DNA from: Marsupella aquatica
Taxonomy: Eukaryota > Plantae > Marchantiophyta
DNA: 64,000 nucleotides
Assembly (NCBI GenBank): GCA_973895155.1
Contig: OZ316891.1
Location: 1,665,324-1,729,323 of the forward strand
Direction of reading: 5' to 3'
In this document: piece by piece, positions 24,698 through 37,028 of the stretch
How the letters are laid out: each line of letters opens with the position of its first letter
Numbering within the stretch: position 1 is the stretch's first letter
The notes under the pieces: generated by a model
What the model was told of the DNA's origin: nothing
The model's input: the letters and a program-made list of their open reading frames with translations, nothing else
Databases searched by the model: none
Translations under genes and position numbers: made by a program

Positions 24698-26356
24698 ATG
24701 GCCGCTGCAAATGTGAGTGTAGAGTATATGAAACTTTTTGAGGCAATGAAGACCATGCTAAACGAGGGATACCAACCAGATCCTCATGCTCTCAATGCTC
24801 TAAGGAATGCTCACAAAACCTTAGAAATTTGTAAACATGGTAAAACCTTAGGGAAACGGAAACATAGAGGAGGAGCAATTGGTGCTGCATTGAAAGAGAG
24901 AAGGCAACATGTGTTAGTTGTGATTTGGAAAAAGATTCTATATCCCTACACTTTGCCAGCACAGTATGAGCAGGATGGCTTTGAGAGGAAATATGCTATG
25001 CATGGAGCAGAGGGTTACAAAAACCTTTTAAATGACATGGGACGTTGCATGTGTGAGACTGTGGAGAAAGAAGAGGACATGACCCGAGATGAAATTGCTT
25101 CCTTAATAAGTGATTTTGAGAAGCCGGGTGGATTTGTTGAACATTTGGCGTTGAATTTTGCGGTGAATCTTTGGGACAAGTTGGAATCCAATTTGGATGA
25201 GGCTGGGGCCGTCATGCTTGGAGTTCCTGGGCTATACACACATAGAAAAGATTTTCTAGCTAAATGGAGCAAAGAGTTAGCAATGGCCAAATCGGAGAAT
25301 AATGTCAAATATGCGAGCAAGGTCGTGCAGTTTGGAGAGATTGGCGTGGAGGTTGTAGATAGAGGAACGCGTCCATCACGAGTTGTTCCCATGGTCAGGA
25401 GTATTCATTTCTTGAGGAGGGAGCAAGTATCGAATTTGCATCGCATTGGAAGCGGCATCCAAGGACATGTGTTCATATGTCATATATTGGATTGCCCATT
25501 GATTCCTCGAAATGCAACACTGGTTGCAAAACGATTTAAGGATGGAGACCGGCACAAGAGACGAACAGATGCTTTACAAGAAGTGCTCATGGGAGGTTTG
25601 AATCACAAAGGAATAATTGGGGCCTTGGCAATGACTATCGAAGATCCACCGAAACTTATCTATGACCATTACAATGGAGGTGACTTGGGAAGTTTCATAG
25701 ATAAGTGTGGGAAATGGAGTAAGAGCAAAGGGAAGACACAATCCACTTTTGAGGTTGATGTGACATTCATATCCGAAAAGAAACTCTTTTTGGAACATCG
25801 TTTGGGGATTGCTATGGCTCTATTGGAGATCTTGCAATATTTGCATGCACATGACCGTTTCTATTGTGATCTTCATTTTGGGAACATCCTTCTTCACTTT
25901 GATCACGAGGATGATTTGGCAATTAGAGTTTATGTAGGAATATGTGATTTTGGGTTGTCCAAACACAAGTCACAATGCACATTACCACAAAATCGAATGT
26001 GGCCCACCCCTACAGAGAAAGCAGTTGCGTATCAAAAACAATATCCACAATTGGCGCCTGAGCTAGTTCATTCCGATCCAGAAGAGTACAGTCAAGCAAC
26101 TGACGTATATGCTTTGGGCAATGTCTTTGAGACATTACTCACAGAAAATTGGGATGGAATGACCCCAATGACACGATATTTGAATAGGGGTTGGAATGCT
26201 AGAGAGCATGGCCCTAAATTGGATATTATGATACGTGACATGATGGCCATTGATGTCAAGAAAAGAATGGATTGTGTTCATTGGAGTTTGAGAATGATGA
26301 GGACATTCCAAGATTGTAGATTAGTTCAGCACAATAGTCCTTATCTAAGAGATTAG
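24698..26356 (+). CDS. Protein kinase (TKL-like fold) with unknown N-terminal domain, hAT cargo
   Basis: Uninterrupted ORF (552 aa from ATG 24698): GSGIQGHV glycine loop, VAKRF lysine, alphaC glutamate (LQEVL), YCDLHFGN catalytic loop, DFG, APE, DVYALG. Confidence 0.9.
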   Translation: MAAANVSVEYMKLFEAMKTMLNEGYQPDPHALNALRNAHKTLEICKHGKTLGKRKHRGGAIGAALKERRQHVLVVIWKKILYPYTLPAQYEQDGFERKYAMHGAEGYKNLLNDMGRCMCETVEKEEDMTRDEIASLISDFEKPGGFVEHLALNFAVNLWDKLESNLDEAGAVMLGVPGLYTHRKDFLAKWSKELAMAKSENNVKYASKVVQFGEIGVEVVDRGTRPSRVVPMVRSIHFLRREQVSNLHRIGSGIQGHVFICHILDCPLIPRNATLVAKRFKDGDRHKRRTDALQEVLMGGLNHKGIIGALAMTIEDPPKLIYDHYNGGDLGSFIDKCGKWSKSKGKTQSTFEVDVTFISEKKLFLEHRLGIAMALLEILQYLHAHDRFYCDLHFGNILLHFDHEDDLAIRVYVGICDFGLSKHKSQCTLPQNRMWPTPTEKAVAYQKQYPQLAPELVHSDPEEYSQATDVYALGNVFETLLTENWDGMTPMTRYLNRGWNAREHGPKLDIMIRDMMAIDVKKRMDCVHWSLRMMRTFQDCRLVQHNSPYLRD

Positions 26357-26540
26357 GGATTTCATAGTTTCATCGTGAATGATAATGATAGATGTCATGA
26401 ACTATTGTCTATTTAATCATGTCATATGAATTAAATGTATTACTCATTTTGCTTCATTGTATTTTGTTATCAATTTTATCTTGAAGGGTGTATGGTGAAT
26501 GAATGCTAAAAATGTTTTTGTTATTGTAGAATCTGCAAGG

Positions 26541-28466
26541 ATGGGAAAATGGGATTTGGAATCCGACGAGGAGGAAAAACCTAAAAAGATTCCATATTTA
26601 TATTTGCAACCTGCTCAGGATTTACACCTTTGGTCTCAGGATCAATACGCTGAAGAAGATTCTCAACCCATAGACGAGGACATTGGAATGAGTAGCAATC
26701 ATGCAGGGCAAAGCATAACCAAAATGGATGAGGACACCAAGGATGTTGAATGGAATATCACAATGCCAAATGTGAAACCTCCTCACAATGAATGGCCCAT
26801 CAACGCCAAAGAATTGGAGATATTGATGCCACTTGTGGAGTTCCAAAAATGGATGAAAATCATTTTTGATGATGAAAATTTATGGGCCACAAGGTCTTGG
26901 ATGCAAGAGAAGTACACAATGTCCAAGGTAACACATGTGGAAATTGGCAAGCATTGGTAACAAAGATTTCAAGAGTATGCTCCAAAGAAAGCGCAAGGCA
27001 AAACAAGCTCGGTTTATCCTCCTTTTCTTCGACTCCTAATTGCTGAATTTGTTCTCAAGTGGAAGGTGGATTACCGTTGGGAAACAGAAGAGGGCAAGAT
27101 GACTCACTCTGTGCATCAGTCTGTCCTGGACATTGCAGGTTTGAAGAACAACAAAAATACTACAAAAGATATGTCGAGTCAAGCAACCAACAAAGGGTCA
27201 AAAAGAAAGATACATGATGTGCAAGACATTCATGCACATCAGAAAGATAAGCCGACTGCACTGGAACGACTCTTCACTAATTCTAAAAGTTTCAGCGCAC
27301 CAAAACATGTTGACAAAACATCAAACATTGCAGCATCTACAAGTAACAATTTACCAAGAAAGTTCACTGGTGTTTTGGATCCAAAGAAAGAATCATTGAA
27401 CATGGAGATTGTGTGCAAGAGTTTGGGCACAGAGATTGGTCATTTGATCGAGAACAATCTCCGCACAAAGTTTGGTCTTGACCTTTGTGAAGCTGGCAGC
27501 ATTGACTACTACAAGTCAAAGTTGCAAGATAATCTTTTGAAGATGAAAGCAATGGAAAAAATGCCCATTCAAAGTGCAACTACTTCGGAGGTGAAGGAAT
27601 ACAAGGTGCAACTGTACGACAAGATGGAGGAGATCGCAAAGCTCAACAAACAACTTGCCCAAAAGGATGGTCAATGTAGTCAAATGAAACAAGTTCAAGA
27701 GGCAGATAGAGTCATTCAGGATTTGAAGAATCAGGTTGCATCACAAGAGGTGATCATAAACAATCTGCAAGAGGAGATCGAGCAAATGAACACTGCTGAG
27801 GTGGATGGTCAGTCAGACAAGGAAAAATCAAGATGCAAGAACTACAATTATATGAACTTGCAAATGATTGATCCTACGGGAGAATCTCATCTTTTTCCGG
27901 ATGTGGAGGAGGATCCAGAAGATGTAGAGAAATTTTTTGACAAGTGGAAGACCGATGAAAGTATGGCCCAATTTGTTCGAGAAAAGGATGGAAGATGTAC
28001 TTGGTGCTTGTATCCATGGGGTCCTGAATCTGTTTCCATTTTGGGAACATGCGGTCACTTATGGCATCATGCTTGCTTATTTCGGTGGATGAAGAAGAGC
28101 CAAAAATATTGGTGTCGGAAACCATTTCATAAACGAGAGTATGAGCAACGAGGTTTGTTGAAACAAATGCCACCAATGGAGACACAGCAAGACACTGAAG
28201 ACATGACTCAAGAGAGTATTGCAATGGCACAGATCGATTCAAGGCCCATTGACAACTTCACAGTTAATGAATACAACTTGTCAGATGGTGACTTTGACAA
28301 TTTGTTATTCAGTGGTAGATTCCAACAGTGGAAGGAATATGCCATGGCCAATCGACCAACAACAGATGAGAAAAACATGCAGCGATCTATTCGTCGCCAT
28401 CGTCGTTGTCAGCAACTGGCAGAGGTGAAAGTAGAAGTGCAAGACAATGAGAACCGAAATGAGTAG
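26541..28466 (+). pseudogene. Coiled-coil plus RING-H2 protein (putative E3 ligase), one in-frame stop, hAT cargo
   Basis: ORFs 26499..26960 and 27066..28466 are in one frame separated by a single TAA (26958-26960); coiled-coil region; CTWC-x14-CGHLWHHAC-x9-YWC RING-H2 pattern with the seventh ligand Tyr (TAT, plausibly from TGT). Confidence 0.8.
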
Positions 28467-28578
28467 ATTGCACACTCAATGTTTAGTATAGCATATTTTA
28501 TTGCATAGGACATGCACAATCCGGCATAGTATATCATAGTTTGTCGTATAGTACTAGCATGTAATACCTAAACAGATG

Positions 28579-31437
28579 TCAAGGTTGTGACGAAAAGTGC
28601 CTTGTGTTATTGTTCTCATTTTCTTGCAACTGTCGATCAAATTGAAATTGTCTTGTTATCCATTGGACCGGATCTGCGCTATGATATTCTTGAAATGCCC
28701 CAACACGGGCATGTATGCTTGATGTGTATGGATTTGTCATGTTCTGCCTTTCATACATATTTTGTGCTGGAGAAGCATGTTGTCCCCACTGTGCATCATC
28801 AGGTTGCGCAAACAAAGTTGGTGTTGTTCTCTCAGGACAGAGCTCCGATGCAGCACCTCGTCGTTGAAATAGGTACAAAGTACTTGCTTGGACATCATTT
28901 TGTACATTCAATGTTGGGTATGTGAAGGATGGGGTTAGTTGGGAAGACACTACAAAGTTTGCATCAAATGAGTAGTCCTCGTCATCCTGAATTTGAGACT
29001 CATCGATTGTAGGGAACATCATTAAATCCATTTCATCTTCCCATTCTCCGACATCACTTATTTCAGTATCTGGTGGAATACGAGTCAACATGTGACTATC
29101 ATTGTGTAATGATAATCCTTGCAAAGCCTCATCTGCGTCATCAATTGTATCAAAATCCTCCACATCATCCTCTCCAAGAGCCGCACATGTAACACCATGT
29201 TGTTCAGTGTGACATCCTTCTATGGAAGTAGGCCTCGGGCCATCATTTGTTGCTGTTCTTTCTTCATATCATCTATACATAGACGTATGAGGGTTTCTCA
29301 CCTTCGTGAGCCCTTTTTGCACCCTCGAATTTGTGAATACAAAAACCAAATCTTTTGCCCGATCATTGGTCAACCTATTACGGCTTTTTGAATGGATAAA
29401 GCCGTATGAACTCCAATTTCGTTTGCATGAAGATGCACACATTTGTTGATGTGTGATTCTTCTCGCCATCAATCTTAGGTCCGCGTAATCAGCTCCATAC
29501 AAATGCCACCACTCTCCTGGACTTAATTTCCCAATATTCGATTGTGCTCCTCTAATTGCAACCGATGAATTTGGCAATTTTTTTTGAGCCTCGAATGCCT
29601 GCATTTGGATGTCAGAAATAAGTGTCGTCACATCTCGATCATGGTTGATTCCTGCCTTCATCTTGTGTTCTGCATATCTACGAACGTAATCATTGAAGCC
29701 TCTATACAGTTCTGCATCTCCTGCCACATCTTCATCTTCATCGAAGAAAAATTGAGGATTCAGATATGCTGCTGCTAACATGAAATCAGTAGTAAGTGAT
29801 TTTCGTCGATCCATATACACTTTCATTATCTTTGGTTTTAAGTAATCTGTTACTAATGTACAACCCTCCATGCTCGCCTCCAGTTTAGCTATTCTTTTTT
29901 TCAAGCTCCAATATAGCCAAGGAGACTGTGGTGAAACTCCATCGAATTCTCGCAACATCTTCACCAACGGCAGGAAAAAAGCAACTATAGATTTTACTTG
30001 AGCCCAAAATGTATCTTGCTGTATCCACGATTTAAGTTCGTCTGCCTTTCCCCTCGTCATATGCCCCTGTGACTTTGGTCGAACTGGCAGGCGATCACGA
30101 TAGGATTGCCACTTGTCATCAATGACCATTTATTGTAAAGCTCCTCTTAGCTCCAATGCTCTCTGCGCCATTAAAAAATTTGCTGCAAATCTCGTTGCAT
30201 TTGGATTTAACAACTTCCTGTCCCCAGATTTCCTCACAAATATTGCAGACAACTTTTATGATGATGTAACTGCTTTAACTATCCATCTCAAGTGCTTAAA
30301 AATCATTTTGAATGGATTTTTTTTCCGCTCATCTAGCACTACATTCTTGTGGCCACACATGTCTTCTAGCAACAAATTAAAAACGTGAGCAGCACACCAA
30401 CTCCATGTCACATGCGGATATTTTTTCATAACTATCTCTTCACCTGCTACACGATTTGCAGGCGCCCCATCAATAACAATTTGTATGATGTGATCGGCAC
30501 CAATATCATCTATGTATTTTAACCACATGTCACCAAGATACTTCCCATCTTTCTTGTCGGCTTGTGCAGCGTTCCAACTATCCAAAAAGAAATCTCCTTT
30601 TGAACTCAACAACATGACATTCATCAAAGGTTCCCTTCGGATATTTTCCCATCCATCGGATGAAAGGGAATATCCAAAAGGTTTTGCCTCCTTCATTGTT
30701 TTTGTCATGTCCTTTGTAAGATCAACTCTAGCCTCCTCCAATAATTTTATTCTCAAATTTCGCATACCCGGAAGAGAATATCCATTTACAATCCCTTTCG
30801 AGGTTTCTGTGACTACTTCACGGAAGAAAGGATTCTCCGACACATTGAATGGAATACCACTTGAATAAAAAGCTTTGGCCCACAGCTTATCCAAATGAGC
30901 TCTATTTGGAATTTGATAAGCATCCATGATTGGGTTTGAAAAATTTGATGCTCTACTTCGATGACTCATATTTCCATCCTCATCGAGGTCAACAAAATTT
31001 GAGTCTCGAGTTGATGCTTGCGAATTGGAAGATGGGTTATATGACCTACGACCTCTCATGGATAACAGAACATGACTTCCATCACTTCGTTTGTACTTTA
31101 TGGATGGGTCAACCTTTATGACATTGTACATTCTATTGATGTCATCTAAGTCAACAACTCCATACAAGCCTGTGCAAGGTGGCGCATCTCCTTTGTGTAT
31201 GTTTCCCATCAAATGTGCTTTTGCTCGTGTTGCATGATGCATTGTATATTTCTTGCAAAATTTGCATCTTTGATATATACGATTAATATCATTACACGCT
31301 GATGGCGTATCACATCGTTCAAAATATTTCCACACTGGGGAAAATTTTGCACTACAATCTTGATTGTGATTTCCACCGTGCCTAACAAGAGTAGAATGAG
31401 CTGATGAGTTGCCCGACTCATCTTCTTTGGAAGACAT
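28579..31437 (-). pseudogene. hAT transposase (BED finger, DUF659-type core, dimerisation domain, acidic tail), three in-frame stops
   Basis: PVWKYF...CKFC...H...HL BED finger; SSDGW; VIDGA; CAAH; NATRFA; ASSCKRNWS...HSKSRNRL. ORFs 30256..31464, 29269..30129 and 28579..29163 are all in one frame, broken by TAA, TAA and TGA; the usual catalytic E of CERNWS reads K. Confidence 0.93.
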
Positions 31438-31494
31438 GATCGAAAACAAGAACTTTACACACAAAGTATCTTCTTATACGTCGCTAAACATAGT

Positions 31495-31890
31495 CACTTA
31501 ATAAAAATTGAATGATTATTTGTTAGTCTTTTGAAGTAACAACAATAAAACGAGAAAAAAAAACTACTGTGAAATATCACATGTCGAGTCAAACTCCAAA
31601 CATGCGCACACGGTTCTCTTTTGTTTTCTGGTTGTTAACATTCCTATCCGACGTATGTGATATCTATAATTTAATGAGCATTTGCCGACATTGTGAAAAC
31701 ATATGAGACAATTAGTGATAATCATGTAAAATATCACATGTCAAGCTTTAGCTCCAAACATGCGTACATGAATGTCAACATTGTCAAAATTTGTTTCACA
31801 ATACCCACAAGTACCACTAAATGTTAAGGGATAAGAAAAAAGTTATTATGCGGATTACCACATGCCGAGTAAAACCTCCAAGCACGCGCG
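31495..31890. repeat. Right copy of internal diverged inverted repeat (partner 24110-24540)
   Basis: See partner; lies directly upstream of the transposase ATG. Confidence 0.75.
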
Positions 31891-32096
31891 CACAAAAGTC
31901 TTTTCTATCTCTTTACATAGAGTGCTCTACTTTTAGTGAAGTGTGTCTAATGAGAAAAACTCAAAGTTTTATACAATTTAGAATGGAAAAACATTCTATA
32001 TTTAGCGGGGTTGAAATACTAGATAGGCGAGAAATCGTCACAACCCCAAATTAGCAGATATGGCTTATCTCAATTGAGTTTATCCATAACTCTAAA

Positions 32097-32900
32097 ACCC
32101 GGGCTTATCTTCCCTTAACCCAGGCCGGGCCTCCCTCCTCCCTCCTCTCACCCCTCCCTTCACCCGGGCCGGGCCTCCCTCCTCCCCCCCACCCGGGCCT
32201 CCCTCCACCCTGGCCGGGCCTCCTTCCCCCCCCACCCGGGCCTGCTCCCCCCGGGCCTCCCTCCACCCGGGCCGGCCCTCCTCCCTTCCCCCACCCGGGC
32301 CTCGTCCTCCTCCCCACCCGGCCTCCTCCCCCCCCCTCCCCGGGCCCCCCTCCACCCGGGCCAGGCCTCCTCCCTCCCCCCACCCGGGCCTCCTCCTCCT
32401 CCACCCGGGCCTCGTCCTCCTCCTCCCCACCCGGGCCTCCTCCCCACCCGGGCCTCCTTCCCCCCGGGCCGGCCCTCCTCCCTCCCCCCACCCGGGCCTC
32501 GTCCTCCTCCCGACCCGGTCTCCTCCCCCCCCCACCCGGGCCCCCTCACCCCTCCACCCGGGCCGGGCCTCCTCCCTTCCCCCACCCGGGCCTCCTCACC
32601 CCCCCCCACCCGGGCCGGGCCTCCTCCCTTCCCCCACCCGGGCCTCCTCACCCCCCCACCCGGGCCCCCCTCCACCCGGGCTGGGCCTCCTCCCTCCCCC
32701 CACCCGGGCCTCCTCCCCCCCCCACCCGGGCCCCCCTCCACCCGGGCCGGGCCTCCTCCCTCCCCCCACCCGGGCCTCCTCCCCCCCCCACCCGGGCCGG
32801 GCCTCCTCCCTCCCCCCACCCGGGCCTCCTCCCCCCCCCACCCGGGCCGGGCCTCCTCCCTCCCCCCACCCAGGCCTTCCTCCACCCGGGCCGGGCCGGG
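32097..32900. repeat. Right GC-rich subterminal array of the hAT (ccacccgggcctcctccccc units)
   Basis: Dozens of cccgggcc-centred units; explains the spurious Gly/Arg/Pro-rich ORFs. Confidence 0.92.
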
Positions 32901-33980
32901 ATTTAAAGCCGGGGCGTAAAGCCGGGGCCGGGTGACGAGAGGTAGGGGGGGCCGGGCCGGGTCCGGGAAGAGGCCGGGAGGAGTTCAGGCCGGGCCGGGA
33001 GAAGTTCGAGTCGAGCCGGGGAATAAAGACAAATATGCGTCAAATGAGAGCATTTCAGGCCGGCAAATGCCGAGTTTACGTGCCGGGCAACTCGGCAAGT
33101 TGCCCGTCACATCAAACCGGGATTTAAAAAGATCTGTGTCCTTATATTGCGCTCACTTTATCGATATTGACGAAGACAGTATATCTTTCCCACGCCCAGT
33201 GCCAAGTTATTAGTAAAGTTACCGTCTGGGTCCCGTGTCCTCCTCTTCTGACGATTCGCGGTTGTCCAAGCATTGACTTGCTACAACTCATGGGAGACCT
33301 AGAATGTAATGAGACAAAAATGGAGGGTGCTCCTGGTTCCTTTAATTTCTGAGACACATCTCTGCGGTCAAATGATCCTTATCAACGCAGCGGCCTTTCA
33401 AGACTGTTTGGGCACAACATGTGCGATCTGGCACCTCTATAAGGGCTTCTGAATCCTCAGGCTTTGGTAATTTAAATTTCCGGACTGTTTGCTATAACAG
33501 GCTGGTAGTGTACTACTGTACTGATGAGGAAAGGACAAAATACAATGCAATAAAAGGAAAGAAAAGAAAAAGAAGTCCTGACATGACGAACTACCATGGG
33601 GCAAGCCTCTGCTAGAGATCTATGATGGACCTTTCAGGTTTGAGCACCCTTTAGCATTACCAAAATCCATTAACTGAAGTGCATAGTGAAAACAAATGGT
33701 GATGATCTTGAGGAAATAGCCTATCCCCAAACATCGGAGCTGCCATCCACGGAGCCATCAACTTAAAGACGGAGTCTCCCAAGGTCAATAGTATGGGGAG
33801 AAAGCTATTTTATGAGATGTGTTACATATTTCTCCTCTCTTCCCATTGTGATGTTACTATGCCCCTGATGCCCTGACACAAATGGTTAGCTACCAAACAT
33901 CAGTCTACATACACGTGTCATCTCATACCTTTGTAACATCATTACATAGTCTTGATAGCAGATGACAAGGCCAATTTAGC

Positions 33981-34311
33981 CCCACTTAAGCTGACGGGAA
34001 AGTTGTCGGCTTGCCGGGCACGTAAAACCGTCAAATGACGACCCCAAAATGGCCAATTTGACATATATTCCTTGCTATTCTCCCAAACTCCCCCGGCCTC
34101 CCGAACCCCTCCCAGACCCCTCCCGAACCCCTCCCCAGCCTCCCAAACCCCTCCCAAACCCCTCCCCAGCCTCCCAGATCCTCCCGAACGCCTCCCCAGC
34201 CTCCTGGGTCCCTCCTCACACCCGGACCGACCCCGATTCTGGGAGACCGGGTTTCAGGTTTTTGGTTTGATGCCCCAAAAAGCCCAGTTTGACAGGCAAG
34301 GTCAAACCGGG
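33981..34311. mobile_element. hAT MITE related to the 9.8-kb element
   Basis: Perfect 8-bp TSD AATTTAGC (33973-33980, 34312-34319); right end caaaccggg identical to the large element; C-rich internal repeats. Confidence 0.85.
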
Positions 34312-34639
34312 AATTTAGCACCACATCCTAACTCACCTGGATCAAAGGCCCAACAATGACCTGGATAGTAACACCATGAACCCTAAACCCTAAAGTCAAT
34401 GACGATGCGTGGATAGTTATGGCCTCACAACAATTTGAATATACCTATACTGTCACTTATCAGTCAGGTTCACAAGTCAACTAATATCAATTGCCATGTC
34501 ATCTCAAAGAGACAGCCCATATATTATGACAATATTTTTGGAAATTTTTAAAATCTGAAATTGATGAAAAATAAATTGCAAACTTTTGGGGTCATATACT
34601 AAGTCCATACAGCACGGACTCTCATCTCAGTGTGACAGG

Positions 34640-34850
34640 CAAATTTAAGCCTTCCCCGCCCGCCCTTTCTTAAAGAAAGAATCTGGGCTTTGTTTGCATT
34701 AGATGCCTCTTTGAAGGGCCTCTTTGAAGGTACTTTGTAGCTAAGGGTGAAGGCGTGCATGCTGAGGTCAACCTGAAGATAAACAGGGTCAAGGGACAAT
34801 AAATCCTTAAAGGAAGGTAATACAGCTCGTATGAAGACTGCACCTCCCAC
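34640..34850 (-). mobile_element. Short CRE-like fragment
   Basis: LPSFKDLLSLDPVYLQVDLSMHAFTL...AQILSLRKGG matches LPSFQEFLSLDPVRLQVDLGQHAFTL...ARILSSGGKG of ORF 41045..41290. Confidence 0.75.
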
Positions 34851-37028
34851 ATCTGAACTTGTACAAACCCAAACAACCCACAAATATGAAGAGAGAACTA
34901 TTGTCAAAATCCAATAAATGATAGTAGAAACCCGGAATTTAAAAGTGAAACAAACGCTTTTTCAATCATTCATAGGTGCATGCAAGTCCTCCGCAGGTGG
35001 GCTATGTCTTGGCATCTCAAAAGCATCCAAAACATGACACAGAAGTGTTAGCTAGCTTAGATAGCAAAGCAGCAACTGCTATAAACGATGAGCAAAAAGT
35101 ATCAGTACCTACATTAGTGAACCTAATAACCAATTAAAGTCTTTTTGCTGGATATAAGAACCTGAATGGAAGCTCTACATGTGAGGGTAACTGTGAAGGA
35201 CTCCACTCGCACTGCTCTTCACCGGTTAAACTTGTAACCCAAGCATTGCAAATTGTGCTTAAAAAGTGACAATTATATCAAGTGGACAGTCAATGATGTG
35301 GGTGTCATATATTTGAAAAGGATGTGAACATTGGAATGTACATGGATCATTCTTTTCTCTTTTAATTTAGATATTTATTTATATTTTATCTTTCCAAAAT
35401 GGCTAGTCTCAATTGTAATTGTGCACCGTGCACAACCATTTGAAATGAATCTTGACTGCTGACTCCAATCCCCTATCCGATCCCATCCCATCGTATAACA
35501 GGGTCACGAAAAATTCTCTGCATGTTGTGGATGGGACCCTTTTCAAAAGATTTATATAGTTTTAAACGAGGATCCAGGTTTGACAACCGACATGGTGGAG
35601 ATTTCCAATCATAGCCACTCTTCTGTTTCTCTCACGCTGTGCGCTTCGTTTACTTTTATTCCAAAAACTTGTGTCTGTATCTGGGAAAACGAATTGGGCT
35701 GTGCTAAGACTTGGAGTGAGATTGACTCTTGAATCAAAATCATGATGGCACTCTTAGGCCCAACGTGCATGTGCAAGGTCCTTCAAAATGGGGCCCTCAA
35801 CTGGAGTAGTTTGAGTATGTATATTACCAACACTTTTCCGGCAGCACCCCTCATGCCCCAGGTTTGGCAGTGGAGATATTGGGGTCCCAAGGGCAACAAC
35901 CGGAAACTTTCTGGCCCTTGCAGGTCCCGACCTTTAACATTCAAATAAAACAAACTCAGAACTGTTTATTTGTAGATAGTTCAAGCACAATAGTGGCACG
36001 AGCTGCCATGCAAGCTGCCCAACATTGCACTTGATAAGAACAGAGATCTCGGTTTTGCCTAAGATCTCATTGCGGCTAAGAGCTGCATTTCTGAGGACCC
36101 ACACATGCAAGGTGGACTTTAACCTGAGCGGGTGTAAGATTTTGTATGTAGCACCAATGAGGCTCCAGCTTGTGGCTGCAATTGTCTGAGATTTCTATAG
36201 TAGATCTAAGGATTATGGATTATGGATTCGCGGTCAAGGATTGACAGGAAGCAAATTGTCACTAGGCTGCAAATTGAAAAGATGCAAATTGTCTTTCTTG
36301 CACCTTGGTTGAGCATTACATGTCTGTACTGCATCAATTTAACTTGTCATATAAACACCAGCGTTCTCTGCCTCAGTCTCTGAAGCCTGCAGTGTCAAGG
36401 TACTAGAGCTATGATCCAAAATAAAGCTGCCAACCATTTGCCTCTAGCTTAGCCCACATCTAAGATAATAACTAATGAATGTTATTACAAGAACTTTGTT
36501 GCAGCTCATACACAAAAATAATCAATTGACTTTCTATTCCTACTTCTGATGATACTTATAGAGCCTTATTGGATGCAACAGAGGTTTCTGCACTGCTTGG
36601 ATTCTCTAGTGGGGTTTCCCTTCATGGTGTTTCCAATTTGTTTTCCTTTCCCTAGTACAAATACAAACATCATGATAAAATATCTAGGGAGGAGCCCTTT
36701 TCACTGAGTTGTGAATGTGTAAAGTTATAGCGTCATCATCGCTACTCTCCGGGTTCCAGAAAGGGTTGAAGAGTGAATAAATATGGACTATCGAGAGTTG
36801 CTAGTCCAGCTGCACGATTTGGGGCAAGTCTTCTTCATTGCGTAATGGAGGACTTGGAGGGTATCTCAGACACGTAGGGTTCACTCATCGCTCTACCACG
36901 ACCATTATAGATCCTAGGCCCCCCTAACTAATCAATGTAAGATGGCACTGTTATCGAAACTGTTCCACGGCTGTCCATCTATCGGTAGCTTAACCTGCCA
37001 GAATGGCAAAGAAATTTGTGCAAATAGG

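Larger units (their letters stand above)
23307..33121 (-). mobile_element. 9815-bp hAT transposon with cargo genes (kinase, RING protein)
   Basis: Perfect 8-bp TSD ATTTAAAA (23299-23306, 33122-33129); short TIR cccagtttg / caaaccggg; GC-rich subterminal arrays at both ends; hAT transposase inside. Confidence 0.92.

Noticed and set aside
28579-29163. Separate 194-aa acidic gene
   Set aside because: In frame with the transposase across one TGA, so it is read as the transposase C-terminal tail.
32092-32885. Gly/Arg/Pro-rich ORFs (also 23551-23751 and 38147-38690)
   Set aside because: By-products of stop-free GC-rich subterminal repeats.
34379-34393. Interstitial telomeric repeat
   Set aside because: Only two CCCTAAA-like units; expected by chance or as a lone telobox.
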